This document shows, in pieces, positions 1 to 9,293 of a DNA stretch of 60,761 bases; the first letter of the stretch is position 1; each line of letters begins with the position of its first letter. The notes beneath the pieces are model-generated. The model was not told the DNA's origin, did not search any database, and worked only from the letters and a program-made list of their open reading frames with translations. The translations under genes and the position numbers were made by a program. This DNA is from Clostridia bacterium (GTDB lineage Bacteria > Bacillota > Clostridia > Oscillospirales > CAG-272), in the NCBI GenBank assembly GCA_024404505.1, contig JAKSPU010000003.1:1-60761 (forward strand), written 5' to 3'.

Positions 1-151
1 GACGAAATTTCTGACGGCGCATCTGTACCGTCATCATTGTGCGGTAATGCCTTAAACATACGCATTATATCATATTCCCGTGGATTTTGCAATGTGTCAG
101 AAAAAATTTGTTATCCTTTTTTGTCACTCCCGCGGGAAGCCGGCACGGACT

Positions 152-177
152 GTATACGGATGTCCGCATACTTTTTT
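152..177 (+). terminator. Putative rho-independent terminator of a (+) gene lying upstream of the window
   Basis: GTATACGGA-tg-TCCGCATAC stem (one A.C mismatch) followed by TTTTTT at 172-177. Confidence 0.4.
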
Positions 178-186
178 CAAAAAGAC

Positions 187-215
187 TTGACAAACAGGTG
201 CGGAAACTGTAAAAT
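187..215 (+). promoter_or_regulatory. SigmaA-type promoter for the GH127-like gene
   Basis: TTGACA (187-192), 17-nt spacer, TAAAAT (210-215). AGGGAGG RBS at about 232-238 precedes the ATG at 247. Confidence 0.6.
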
Positions 216-246
216 TGAAGTATCAAGATTCAGGGAGGTATTCTTC

Positions 247-2061
247 ATGAAAACCGATTACAGGTGCGTCCGCCTTACGGGCGGCTTCTGGAAAACAAAA
301 GAGGACCTCAACAGGGATGTGACCATCCCCGCCGTATATGACCGATTCGTCGAAACGGGGCGCATCGACGCCTTCAGATGTGATTGGAAGCCGGGTATGC
401 CCAACCAGCCGCATTTCTTCTGGGATTCCGACGTCGCCAAGTGGATGGAGAGCGCCGCTTACGTCCTTTCCCGTGAGGACGTTCCCGGGCTGCGGGACAA
501 GATCGAGACGCTGATCGACTGCATAGAACAGAATCAGGGCGAGGACGGATATTTCAATATCTATTTCACCGTCGTCGCGCCCGATAAGCGATTCACCGTC
601 CGGGATTGGCACGAGCTGTACTGCGCGGGACATCTGATGGAGGCCGCCTGCGCGTACTTCGGCGCAACGGGCAGCGACCGCTTCCTCAAGATCATGGAAA
701 AGTACGCGGACTATATCACGAAGGTGTTCATGATCGATAAGAGCGCGCCCTACCGTACACCCGGCCACGAGGAGATAGAGCTTGCGCTTTTCAAAATGTA
801 CCGTACCACGGGAAAGAAGAAATTCTTTGAGCTGGCGCAGTTCTTCCTTGAGAACCGCGGGCAGCCCGACAATGACGAAAAGCAGATCTTCGACGAGGCG
901 CACTACGCGCAGTCCCACGCGCCCATCCGTCGGCAGCGTGAGGCGGCAGGACACTCCGTCCGCGCCATGTATCTGTACTCAGGCATGACCGATCTCGCCG
1001 AGGAGACGGGCGACGAAGAGCTTCTGTCCGCCTGCCGCGATCTTTTCGAGGATACCGTCAACCGCAAGATGTATATCACCGGAGGCATCGGGTCGACCAA
1101 CATCGGTGAGGCCTTCACCATCCCCTACGATCTTCCGAACAGCCGCGCGTACACCGAGACCTGCGCGTCCCTCGGCCTTATGTTCTTTGCGAACAGGATG
1201 CTGAAGGCCGACCCGGAGCATCCGTCGAAGTACGCCGACATCGTAGAGCTCGAGATGTACAACGGCGCCCTGTCCGGTCTCTCTCTCGACGGTGAAAAAT
1301 TCTTCTACGAGAATCCGCTTGAAATTTACATGACCGAGCGCAGACGCATCACGGCAACGCACGATCACGAGCATTGGCCCATCACGCAGCGTGTACGGAT
1401 GTTCGGCTGCTCCTGCTGCCCGCCCAACCTCAACCGCGTGCTTGCCTCTCTCGGTGAATATTTCTACGCGTGGGATGAGAAGACGGGGAAGGTCTACGTC
1501 AACCAGTTCGGCAGCAGCACCTTTGCAAAGGACGGCATGACCGTCACCCAGACGACGGATTACCCGTTCAGCGGCAGGGTGGAGATACGTGCGAACGTGC
1601 CGATCTGCGTCCGTATCCCCGGATGGTGCCGCTCGTTCACCGCGGACGCGCCGTACGATATGGTAAACGGCTACGCGTCCTTCGGACCCGGCTGCGTGAC
1701 CGTTGAATTTGACATGAAGCCCGAGCTTGCGGGTACCAACGTGGGCGTCGTCCGCAACATCGGTCAGGCCGCGCTCCGCCGCGGTCCGGTCGTCTACTGC
1801 GTGGAGGGCGTGGATCACGAGGGCGATCTGCATACGCTTACATTCGACAGAAAAAAAGCTGCCGACGCAAAGATCGACGTCAACGACGTGAGCGGTCTGC
1901 CCGTCCTGACCGTCGAGGGTTGGAGAAGGCTGAATGTATCCGACGACCTGTACGCGCCGCTTGAAGAGAAATTCGAGCCCGCGGTCATCCGCTGCATCCC
2001 CTACTCTTCCTTCGCAAACCGAGGGGAGACCGATATGCTCGTGTTCCTCAGCTACCGCTGA
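247..2061 (+). CDS. Glycoside hydrolase family 127-like protein (DUF1680, beta-L-arabinofuranosidase HypBA1-type)
   Basis: Start moved to MKTDYRCVRLTGGFW, which has an RBS; the upstream in-frame part holds the promoter. Typical DUF1680 N-terminus, and the Cys-rich GCSCCPPN motif recalls the Zn/Cys catalytic centre of GH127. Confidence 0.8.
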   Translation: MKTDYRCVRLTGGFWKTKEDLNRDVTIPAVYDRFVETGRIDAFRCDWKPGMPNQPHFFWDSDVAKWMESAAYVLSREDVPGLRDKIETLIDCIEQNQGEDGYFNIYFTVVAPDKRFTVRDWHELYCAGHLMEAACAYFGATGSDRFLKIMEKYADYITKVFMIDKSAPYRTPGHEEIELALFKMYRTTGKKKFFELAQFFLENRGQPDNDEKQIFDEAHYAQSHAPIRRQREAAGHSVRAMYLYSGMTDLAEETGDEELLSACRDLFEDTVNRKMYITGGIGSTNIGEAFTIPYDLPNSRAYTETCASLGLMFFANRMLKADPEHPSKYADIVELEMYNGALSGLSLDGEKFFYENPLEIYMTERRRITATHDHEHWPITQRVRMFGCSCCPPNLNRVLASLGEYFYAWDEKTGKVYVNQFGSSTFAKDGMTVTQTTDYPFSGRVEIRANVPICVRIPGWCRSFTADAPYDMVNGYASFGPGCVTVEFDMKPELAGTNVGVVRNIGQAALRRGPVVYCVEGVDHEGDLHTLTFDRKKAADAKIDVNDVSGLPVLTVEGWRRLNVSDDLYAPLEEKFEPAVIRCIPYSSFANRGETDMLVFLSYR

Positions 2062-2076
2062 CGGCAAAAATGCGTC

Positions 2077-3825
2077 ATGAAACAGAACGGACTTACGGAA
2101 AAGCGTCTTGAGTGCGATCTCTGCATCGTAGGCGGTGGCATGGCTGGTCTGTGTGCGGCCGTGACGGCAGCGCGTGAGGGTCTTGACGTGGTCCTGATCC
2201 ACGAGCGTCCCGTACCGGGCGGAAACGCCTCGGGTGAAGTGCGGATGTGGATCTGCGGCGTGCAGGAGGCCCCCGTGCGCGAAGCGGGACTCGTGGAGGA
2301 GCTCGCGCTGGAGAATCTACGGTACAATCCGACCAAGAACTACGCGATCTGGGATACGCTGCTGTACGCCAAGGCGACGCGCACCGAGCGTCTGACGAGC
2401 CTTCTGAACTGCACCTGCTTCGCGGCGGAAACGGACGGTGAAACGATCCGTTCGGTAACGGCCTACCAGATGACCACGCAGACGCTGTATACCGTCACGG
2501 CCAAGCTGTTCGCGGACTGCTCCGGTGACAGCGTCCTCGCGCCGCTGACCGGCGCGGACTTCATGTACGGCAGGGAGAGCCTCGACGAGTACGGGGAGTC
2601 CATGATGCGTACACACAGGGACGCGGACCTCAGAACGATGGGGAACAGCTGCCTGCTGCAGGCGCGGGAGGTCGGGCATCCGGTACCGTTCCACGCGCCC
2701 GAATGGGCCGAACGCGTACCCGTAGAAAAGCTGCGGGAGCGCGGCGTGGATCTGCGGAACCCCGGAGAGAATTTCTGGTATATCGAGATCGGCGGCATGG
2801 ACGACGTCATAGGGAAGGCCGAGGACTATAATAAACGCCTGATTGCCGTCTGTCTCGGCATCTGGGATACGATCAAGAATTCGGGCCGGTATCCCGCCGA
2901 CAACCTTGAGCTTGACTTCATCGGTATGCTCGCGGCCAAGCGTGAGTCACGCCGCATGACGGGCGATTACGTGATGACGGCAAACGACGTAGCGGAGGGC
3001 CGGGCGTTCCCGGACGAGGTCGCCTACGGCGGCTGGCCGCTGGACGACCATATGCCGGAGGGCTGGGACGGCAGCCGCGGCAACTATTCGATACCCGTGA
3101 AGCCCTACGGCATCCCGTACCGCTGCCTTTATTCCGTGAACATTTCCAACCTGTTCTTTGCCGGACGCAACGTCAGCATGACGCACATGGCGATGTCCTC
3201 GGCCCGCGTCATGGGCACCTGCTCGACGCTCGGCCACGCCGTCGGCGCGGCGGCTTCCGTCTGCGTGCGGCACGGCGTGACTCCGCGCGGCGCGTCCGCG
3301 TACATCGACGAGATCCAGCAGACGCTGCTCCGGCACGACTGCTTCCTGCCGCACGTTGAACGAAGGATCATACCCGGGAATTTGTCTGCCGCCGCATCTC
3401 ATCCCGTCCTGATGAACGGACGAGACCGGGATCTTCCCGGTGAAGAAAACGGAGCTTACGTTCCGAACGGCCAGACGGTGACGATGACTTTCGCGGAGCC
3501 GGTCCGCGCGTCCGGCATCAAGCTCGTATTTGACAGTGATCTTGCGCGGTCGACGTACGACGTGCATTCCGTAGAGAAAACGCATATCATGCGGGCGAAT
3601 CAGCTGGAGTCGTCCCCCCTGATGGGACTTCCGCCGACGCTGGCGTCCGACTTTACCGTCACCGTGGTCAGCGGCGCGGAAAGCAGGAGCTTCGACTTCA
3701 GGGACAATATCAGGCGGAACGTCCTGATCCCGCTGGGCTGCGAGGTCAGCTCGGTGAGCCTGACCGTGAAAGCCAACCACGGCAAAACGGCGTACACAAA
3801 GGTTTTCACATTCGAGATATTCTGA
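2077..3825 (+). CDS. FAD-dependent oxidoreductase (FAD_oxidored-type)
   Basis: N-terminal dinucleotide-binding motif CDLCIVGGGMAGLCAAVTAAREG. 582-aa ORF starting 15 nt after the GH127-like gene. Confidence 0.75.
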   Translation: MKQNGLTEKRLECDLCIVGGGMAGLCAAVTAAREGLDVVLIHERPVPGGNASGEVRMWICGVQEAPVREAGLVEELALENLRYNPTKNYAIWDTLLYAKATRTERLTSLLNCTCFAAETDGETIRSVTAYQMTTQTLYTVTAKLFADCSGDSVLAPLTGADFMYGRESLDEYGESMMRTHRDADLRTMGNSCLLQAREVGHPVPFHAPEWAERVPVEKLRERGVDLRNPGENFWYIEIGGMDDVIGKAEDYNKRLIAVCLGIWDTIKNSGRYPADNLELDFIGMLAAKRESRRMTGDYVMTANDVAEGRAFPDEVAYGGWPLDDHMPEGWDGSRGNYSIPVKPYGIPYRCLYSVNISNLFFAGRNVSMTHMAMSSARVMGTCSTLGHAVGAAASVCVRHGVTPRGASAYIDEIQQTLLRHDCFLPHVERRIIPGNLSAAASHPVLMNGRDRDLPGEENGAYVPNGQTVTMTFAEPVRASGIKLVFDSDLARSTYDVHSVEKTHIMRANQLESSPLMGLPPTLASDFTVTVVSGAESRSFDFRDNIRRNVLIPLGCEVSSVSLTVKANHGKTAYTKVFTFEIF

Positions 3826-3838
3826 TCGACCGGAATCA

Positions 3839-3868
3839 AATCGGCTGCCCCTCGCAGGGCAGCCGATT
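3839..3868. terminator. Bidirectional intrinsic terminator between convergent genes
   Basis: AATCGGCTGCCC-ctcgca-GGGCAGCCGATT perfect stem flanked by A/T runs, between the stops at 3825 (+) and 3871 (-). Confidence 0.8.
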
Positions 3869-3870
3869 CT

Positions 3871-6453
3871 TTATTCATGTTTCCGCTTTCCGATGACAGG
3901 AGCGAGCAACGGGATCAGGATCGCAGCGAGCAGAGCGGGAAGTGCCGTCACGCTCGAGCATCCGCCGGTCTGCGTTCCCGTATCGGATTCCGCGCCGGGG
4001 GAAGCCGTCTCATCCGCAGCCGAGCCGCTTCCGGCACTCGTTTCGGGCATGGTGTCAGGCTCTGTTTCCGGTTCCGTTTCCGGCTGTGTCCCGATCTCAC
4101 CGGCCTCATAGGCGGCGATGAACGACCGCGCGGCGTCCTCGTTGAAGAAGAAGTAAAGCCCGGCCACGTCCAGCGAGACGTTGCGTATCTTGGCGCCGTC
4201 AACGGGATCGAAGCGGAAGTCGTTCGCCGTGCGGGCTTCCTCCGGTGTGAATTCTACCAGCACGCACTTGAACGCGCCGTCGGTGTTCTCCAGCGCGTAG
4301 TCCTGCTGTTCCGTGACGATCTGACCGTTCAGGGTCGTGATGGAGGAGTACATCCGTCCCGTCTGCTCCTTGTCGGAGCGGTAGATCAGCACCACGAACC
4401 GCGCACCCTGTGACAGGCAGATCGTGCCGTTGGGGTAGTTCGCGTACGGATCGCGCTTGCCCGTCATGCGGAGGAAGGTCACATCCTCCTCGGTCATTTG
4501 CGACATCTCACAGTCGTTGATCATGGATGCTTCGCCGAGAAGCTCGTCCGGGCCCATGGCATAGTATACGTCGGGAGAATCCTGCCGCTCCTTATAGACG
4601 TCGCTGTTTGCTCCCGAGGGGATGCTGTTGAATACCTGCGCGACGCCGACGGTCGAATGTGCGCCGAGCGAGGTGACGTCGTATTTCTGCATCAGCTTGC
4701 GAAGCTCGCTGACCGCGGTGAGGGAGCAGCGGGCCTGCGTCTGCTGGCAAAGGTCGGCGTAAAGTGCGTGGATCCGGGACTTTTCAACGTGAGAACAGTA
4801 TTCGCTGTCCTCCGGGACGGCCGCGAGAGCGGAAGTCCACAGACCGCGCAGCTCTGCCATCAGGCTGTCGTCGGCGTCGCTGCCGTCAAAATGCCACACG
4901 GCTGCGGCATCATCCCATATACCGTAGTGACCGGACGCCTGCCGCGCGGAAAGCTTGTCGATGTAGGTGCGGATATAGGACCAGCCGTCGCCGTAGTAAG
5001 CCTGCAGGAACTCGTCCATGTGACGGTAGTATTCCTCCTTCGTCATGTCGGGATCCCACAGCAGCTTGCCGAGCAGGTAGTGATTCAGCTCGGTGAACTG
5101 ACCCAGCTCGGTGCTTGAAACACATTCCATGAACACGCCGCCGACGCCGAGGGAGGCATAGGTGTGTACGTTTTCATACAGCACGTCGTAGTTGGTGAAC
5201 GGGGCAAGCGTATAGCCGAAGGGCGCGTTATAGTCCCAGATCCACAGATTGCCGCGGTCACAGAGCGCGGCCCATTCCTTCAGGTACGCGAAGGATTCCT
5301 CCGATTTATAGGAGGAGCTGTCGCACTTGCCGAGCGGATGGGCGTAGCAGGCCTGTATCGGCGCGAACTGTACGATCACGCGTTCATCGGGCTTGATCGT
5401 CTTCGGCGGCTTCGCCGTGTAGTGATAGGCGAGCGTGTGGATCTTTACGTCAGGGTATTCATCCTTGAGATCGTCGGCAAGACGATTGCAGAACAGGAGC
5501 AGCGTCGCCATTTCGCTGCCCTCGGCATCGTTGACGGCCTTGCAGGCGGCGCAATGGCATCCGCCCACGTTGACGTCGGAATCATACGGTGAGACGGACA
5601 CGAGGTGTCCCGGATTATGGGCAAGCGCGTCGCGTATATTCTTCAGCGCGTTCTGATAGTTGGTCTCGTCGGATAGGCACGGCTGCTTGTTGGTGCCGCC
5701 TTTCGTCTCCGTCCAGACGCCGATGGTGCTTGTGAAGGAGTAGAAGTTGACCGAGCCGTACTTGTTTTCGTAGTCGACGTTCCCGACGCCGCCTCCGATC
5801 ATCGTGCCGGTGTTGCCGTTGAGCTTGTTGGCGCAGACCCAGTTGTCGAGCGTGTCGGGCCAGTTGTCACGCCGGTAGGAGAAGCGGGGCACATAGGTGA
5901 CGTTCAGGTCTCCGGGGATCTCAACGAGGTCCGCGGGGACCGCGGGACGCAGCGTTCTGGTGAAGAACCGGACGCCGACGTAATCCTCAAGGAAAGAGTA
6001 GACGCCGTTGCAGGTGCCGCGCGCGGTCGCGCCGGAAATGAACAGCGAGCTGCCCTCGGACATGATCAGGTATCCGTCTTCTCCGAGCGATGCCCGTGCC
6101 GCGGATACGCGGTCGGTATCGCGGTTCGTGTATCCCACGCGGATCTCAGTCTGCCCGACGGGCGTATCCGTATCCGGCTTCAGCGGCACGTCGATGCCGG
6201 TCGAGGACAGCAGATACCGCGCGAGATGCTCCGCGCAGTCCGTGTAAGCCGAATCGTCGTTATGGATGATAACGTACTCCGAAAGGTCGTGTCCCGCGAC
6301 GGTCAGTTTTTTGACGGGAACGCCGTCGCAGGCAAACGGATTCTTCGGCGCCTCGTCGGCAGCCGCCGTCAGGGGAACGGCGGCAAGCAGGGAAAGGACG
6401 GTGAGGACGGTAAGGAGCAGACAGCCTGCACGTTTTAACATATTATTCTTCAT
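3871..6453 (-). CDS. Secreted DUF4838-like (glycosidase-like) protein with a C-terminal membrane anchor or sorting signal
   Basis: N-terminal signal peptide MKNNMLKRAGCLLLTVLTVLSLLAAVPLTAAA, with an AGGAGG RBS. C-terminus has a Pro/Thr/Glu linker, then GGCSS, a hydrophobic helix and KRKHE. The DUF4838 assignment is from overall sequence recollection only. Confidence 0.65.
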   Translation of the reverse strand: MKNNMLKRAGCLLLTVLTVLSLLAAVPLTAAADEAPKNPFACDGVPVKKLTVAGHDLSEYVIIHNDDSAYTDCAEHLARYLLSSTGIDVPLKPDTDTPVGQTEIRVGYTNRDTDRVSAARASLGEDGYLIMSEGSSLFISGATARGTCNGVYSFLEDYVGVRFFTRTLRPAVPADLVEIPGDLNVTYVPRFSYRRDNWPDTLDNWVCANKLNGNTGTMIGGGVGNVDYENKYGSVNFYSFTSTIGVWTETKGGTNKQPCLSDETNYQNALKNIRDALAHNPGHLVSVSPYDSDVNVGGCHCAACKAVNDAEGSEMATLLLFCNRLADDLKDEYPDVKIHTLAYHYTAKPPKTIKPDERVIVQFAPIQACYAHPLGKCDSSSYKSEESFAYLKEWAALCDRGNLWIWDYNAPFGYTLAPFTNYDVLYENVHTYASLGVGGVFMECVSSTELGQFTELNHYLLGKLLWDPDMTKEEYYRHMDEFLQAYYGDGWSYIRTYIDKLSARQASGHYGIWDDAAAVWHFDGSDADDSLMAELRGLWTSALAAVPEDSEYCSHVEKSRIHALYADLCQQTQARCSLTAVSELRKLMQKYDVTSLGAHSTVGVAQVFNSIPSGANSDVYKERQDSPDVYYAMGPDELLGEASMINDCEMSQMTEEDVTFLRMTGKRDPYANYPNGTICLSQGARFVVLIYRSDKEQTGRMYSSITTLNGQIVTEQQDYALENTDGAFKCVLVEFTPEEARTANDFRFDPVDGAKIRNVSLDVAGLYFFFNEDAARSFIAAYEAGEIGTQPETEPETEPDTMPETSAGSGSAADETASPGAESDTGTQTGGCSSVTALPALLAAILIPLLAPVIGKRKHE

Positions 6454-6469
6454 ATCGCAGCCTCCTGTG

Positions 6470-7912
6470 TCACACGCCGGATACCCGGACGCGCGTGAGT
6501 GTGTGATAAGCGCCGTCGAAGGTGTCCGGCTTCATACCGAGCCGCACGGGACGGCCCGTGGACGTGTCACGGATGCCGATGGAAAACTCGTATTCGCCTT
6601 CGGGCAGTCCGCGCAGATCGAGACGCGTTTCAAATTCTTTCTTTCCGCCGGCACCTATCTCCGACAGCCGGACGTCCGGAAGAAGCACGGTTTTTTCGCC
6701 GTTCGCGCCGCGCAGGCGCGCCGTGACCTCGTAGTCACGGTAGCATCCGGCGAAGCCGTGATTCTCCATGCAGAACGTGACGGCGTTCCACGCCGTATTC
6801 TGGAGCGGCGGCACCTTGATGAAGGGAAGGAACAGCCAGTAACCGAGCCGGTTTCCGGCGTACTCCGCCACGTGGCGTTCGTTGGCCAGCCATTCACGCG
6901 GGTACCAATGGAAGCCGCCGAAGGTGGCACGCGCAGTTTTCAGCGCCTCCACGAGGGTAAGCCCTCCGCGCGGCAGCGAGATCGGGTCGTGCGTGACCGC
7001 GTCGTAATGATCGCACTCGATGATATTCGGCGCGTGTTCGCCGAGCAGCTCGAAGGCCCACGGCGCGCGCAGCGAATCGTAGCCGCAGCCCTGCGCGTAT
7101 CCGCCGACAAGCGCGGAGTCATCCTGCAGACCGAAGCCGCGGGAGACAGCGTAGTCAAGGATCTCATTCACCTCATCCGCTCCGCGGGCGATCCGCCCGA
7201 CGATGTGGTCGTCGTTGCAGGCAAGATAGGTGTCCGGGAAGTATTTGGCGTGCAGATCGTAATGCTTTTTGACCACCGAAACGGGCGGAATGATCCCGTC
7301 TCCGAAAACGGTATGTCCCTCTCCCCACGTTCCGTAGGTGCCGATGTCGATGACCTCGATGCGCGGGTCGCCGTTATAGCGTTTCCCCATGACCTCAAGG
7401 AATCGTTCCAGCCGTTCAAGGAAGATCGGATCGCCGTAATCTGGCTGATACCCGAACCTCGGTGTCCTGCATACGCGGGCACCGTCCTCGAACACGTACC
7501 TCGGCGTGGCGAAGGGAATGGCGGGGTAGGCCTCGAAGCAGCACATCCCCATGGCGAACGAAAAGCCGTGCGGGCCCCATTCGTCCATGACCGCGTCGAG
7601 CTTTGAAAAATCGTACACGCCCCGTTCGACCTCCACGTCGGACCAATCGATCCGCAGGTACAGATGATTCATCGCGGGGAAATCCTCAAGATAATCCCCG
7701 GCGGGGTGCTTGTCGCGGTATTCCGGACGACCGAAGCCGTTGTCTACGTAATGGAAGAACCAGCCCTTGTGAGGATTGCGGAGGACAGTCCTGTCATCGG
7801 TCAGCGGACGCAGATCGATGAGATGCCTCGATACGGTCCTGTCGTCCCAGACGCCGAAAAGTGTCTGCGGCTCTATGGGATCTATGGGCAGATACTCATT
7901 TCTGAAGGTCAT
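6470..7912 (-). CDS. Putative clan GH-A glycoside hydrolase (DUF4874/DUF4832-like)
   Basis: Start set at MTFRNEY (GGAAAGGAAG RBS upstream). NPHKGW, YLRIDWSDVE..GVYDF and GTWGEGH motifs are typical of TIM-barrel glycosidases. Stop lies 16 nt before the DUF4838 start, so probably one operon. Confidence 0.55.
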   Translation of the reverse strand: MTFRNEYLPIDPIEPQTLFGVWDDRTVSRHLIDLRPLTDDRTVLRNPHKGWFFHYVDNGFGRPEYRDKHPAGDYLEDFPAMNHLYLRIDWSDVEVERGVYDFSKLDAVMDEWGPHGFSFAMGMCCFEAYPAIPFATPRYVFEDGARVCRTPRFGYQPDYGDPIFLERLERFLEVMGKRYNGDPRIEVIDIGTYGTWGEGHTVFGDGIIPPVSVVKKHYDLHAKYFPDTYLACNDDHIVGRIARGADEVNEILDYAVSRGFGLQDDSALVGGYAQGCGYDSLRAPWAFELLGEHAPNIIECDHYDAVTHDPISLPRGGLTLVEALKTARATFGGFHWYPREWLANERHVAEYAGNRLGYWLFLPFIKVPPLQNTAWNAVTFCMENHGFAGCYRDYEVTARLRGANGEKTVLLPDVRLSEIGAGGKKEFETRLDLRGLPEGEYEFSIGIRDTSTGRPVRLGMKPDTFDGAYHTLTRVRVSGV

Positions 7913-8038
7913 GACGAGCTTCCTTTCCTGTGATCGCACGCCCGCGCAGGGTGGGCGTTCTTTACAGAAAGTATATCATCACGCGCGGTTCCTGTCAAGA
8001 GAAATCTGAATAATTCCGGATCGGGAGAACATATAGGC

Positions 8039-8067
8039 TTGCTTTCCGGCGCGTTTTATGGTATAAT
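8039..8067 (+). promoter_or_regulatory. SigmaA-type promoter (extended -10) for the metallophosphoesterase gene
   Basis: TTGCTT (8039-8044), 17-nt spacer ending in TGg, TATAAT (8062-8067). Confidence 0.6.
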
Positions 8068-8132
8068 AGCGTCGGAAAAAAGAAGAGAGGGAGCAATGCG
8101 CTTTTCTCCCGGACCGAAAAGGAGACGTGAAA

Positions 8133-9236
8133 ATGAGTATCCCGGATATATTCGTAACCTACCCGACGGTCTACGCCGTGGCGGACCGATACCGGATCAT
8201 CGTGCCCGTGACGGCCGAGAGCGTGATGTGGGTAAAGGTCGGCGAACGATGCTTCTATGACGATTCAAACGGCATCCTCCGCTCCTCCTCGATGACGCAC
8301 ATCATGGAGGTGCCGGGACGTATGTTGGATGAGGCACGCGCCTATACCGTCTGCTGGAGGGTCGTTCGGGAGCGGAAGCCGTATTTTTCGGACCTCGGCG
8401 AGGCGGAGACGTTCACCGTTCCGTTCCGGCCCGTGGAGGGTAAGGAGATCCATATCTACCACGTGGCGGACGCGCACAACCGCGTCACGTCACCCATCCG
8501 CGCCGCATCGTGGTTCGGGGACGACCTTGATCTGCTTGTCCTGAACGGTGACGTCCCGGATCACAGCGGAGATATCCGCAATTTTGCCGCCATCCACCGC
8601 ATCGCGGGAGAGATCACGCACGGAGAAATCCCGGCGGTATTTTCTCGCGGCAATCACGATACCCGGGGCGTCTGCGCGGAAAAGCTCGCCGAACACACCC
8701 CGACGGACTGCGGGCGGTCCTACTACACCTTCCGTGTCGGTCCCGTGTGGGGCGTGGTGCTGGACTGTGCCGAGGACAAGCCGGACGATCATCCCGAGTA
8801 CGGCAATACGATCTGCTGTCACGATTTCCGCCTGCGGGAAACAGACTTTTTGCGCAGAGTCGCGCAGGACCCGGAGCATGAGTACGCCGCGCCGGGCGTG
8901 GAGCATCGCCTCGTCATCGTGCACAACCCGTTCCCGCAGACCTTTGAGCCGCCCTTTGACATCGAACAGCCGGTATTCACCGAGTGGTGCGAGATCCTCA
9001 GAGGATCCATACGTCCGGAGGCCATCCTCTGCGGACACGTCCACGCCTGTTACGTCACACGTCCCGGCGAAGAGCGCGACCACAAGGGGCAGCCCTGCCC
9101 GGTCATCTGCGCCTCAAGACCGGGGCACGGCGAGGAATTCATCGGCGGCGCCATCACCCTGACGGAAAAAGAGATCCGCGTAGAATTCACAGACCAGGAC
9201 CGGAACGTCCGCGGGACGGACGTGATAAAGCTCTGA
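8133..9236 (+). CDS. Metallophosphoesterase (calcineurin-like, purple-acid-phosphatase-type N-domain)
   Basis: ATG at 8133 lies 8 nt after GGAG (the GTG at 8127 is too close to it). Motifs HVADAH, NGDVPDH, GNHD, VHNP and GHVH. Confidence 0.8.
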   Translation: MSIPDIFVTYPTVYAVADRYRIIVPVTAESVMWVKVGERCFYDDSNGILRSSSMTHIMEVPGRMLDEARAYTVCWRVVRERKPYFSDLGEAETFTVPFRPVEGKEIHIYHVADAHNRVTSPIRAASWFGDDLDLLVLNGDVPDHSGDIRNFAAIHRIAGEITHGEIPAVFSRGNHDTRGVCAEKLAEHTPTDCGRSYYTFRVGPVWGVVLDCAEDKPDDHPEYGNTICCHDFRLRETDFLRRVAQDPEHEYAAPGVEHRLVIVHNPFPQTFEPPFDIEQPVFTEWCEILRGSIRPEAILCGHVHACYVTRPGEERDHKGQPCPVICASRPGHGEEFIGGAITLTEKEIRVEFTDQDRNVRGTDVIKL

Positions 9237-9240
9237 CGGA

Positions 9241-9281
9241 AAAAGCGGAGGAGCATCGCAGCGCGATGCTCCTCCGCTTTT
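9241..9281. terminator. Bidirectional intrinsic terminator
   Basis: AAAAGCGGAGGAGCATCGC-agc-GCGATGCTCCTCCGCTTTT between convergent stops (9236 + and 9294 -). Confidence 0.85.
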
Positions 9282-9293
9282 ATGTTTTATCGG

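Noticed and set aside
37-246. N-terminal extensions offered by the ORF track: 37-246 for the GH127-like gene, 16781-16861 for ABC-1, 23644-23664 for nagB, 26154-26192, 27850-27963 for pyrH, 53138-53182 and 53658-53816.
   Set aside because: In each case the extension contains the promoter and RBS of the gene, or an AT-rich non-coding spacer. The conserved protein begins at an internal Met preceded by a good Shine-Dalgarno.
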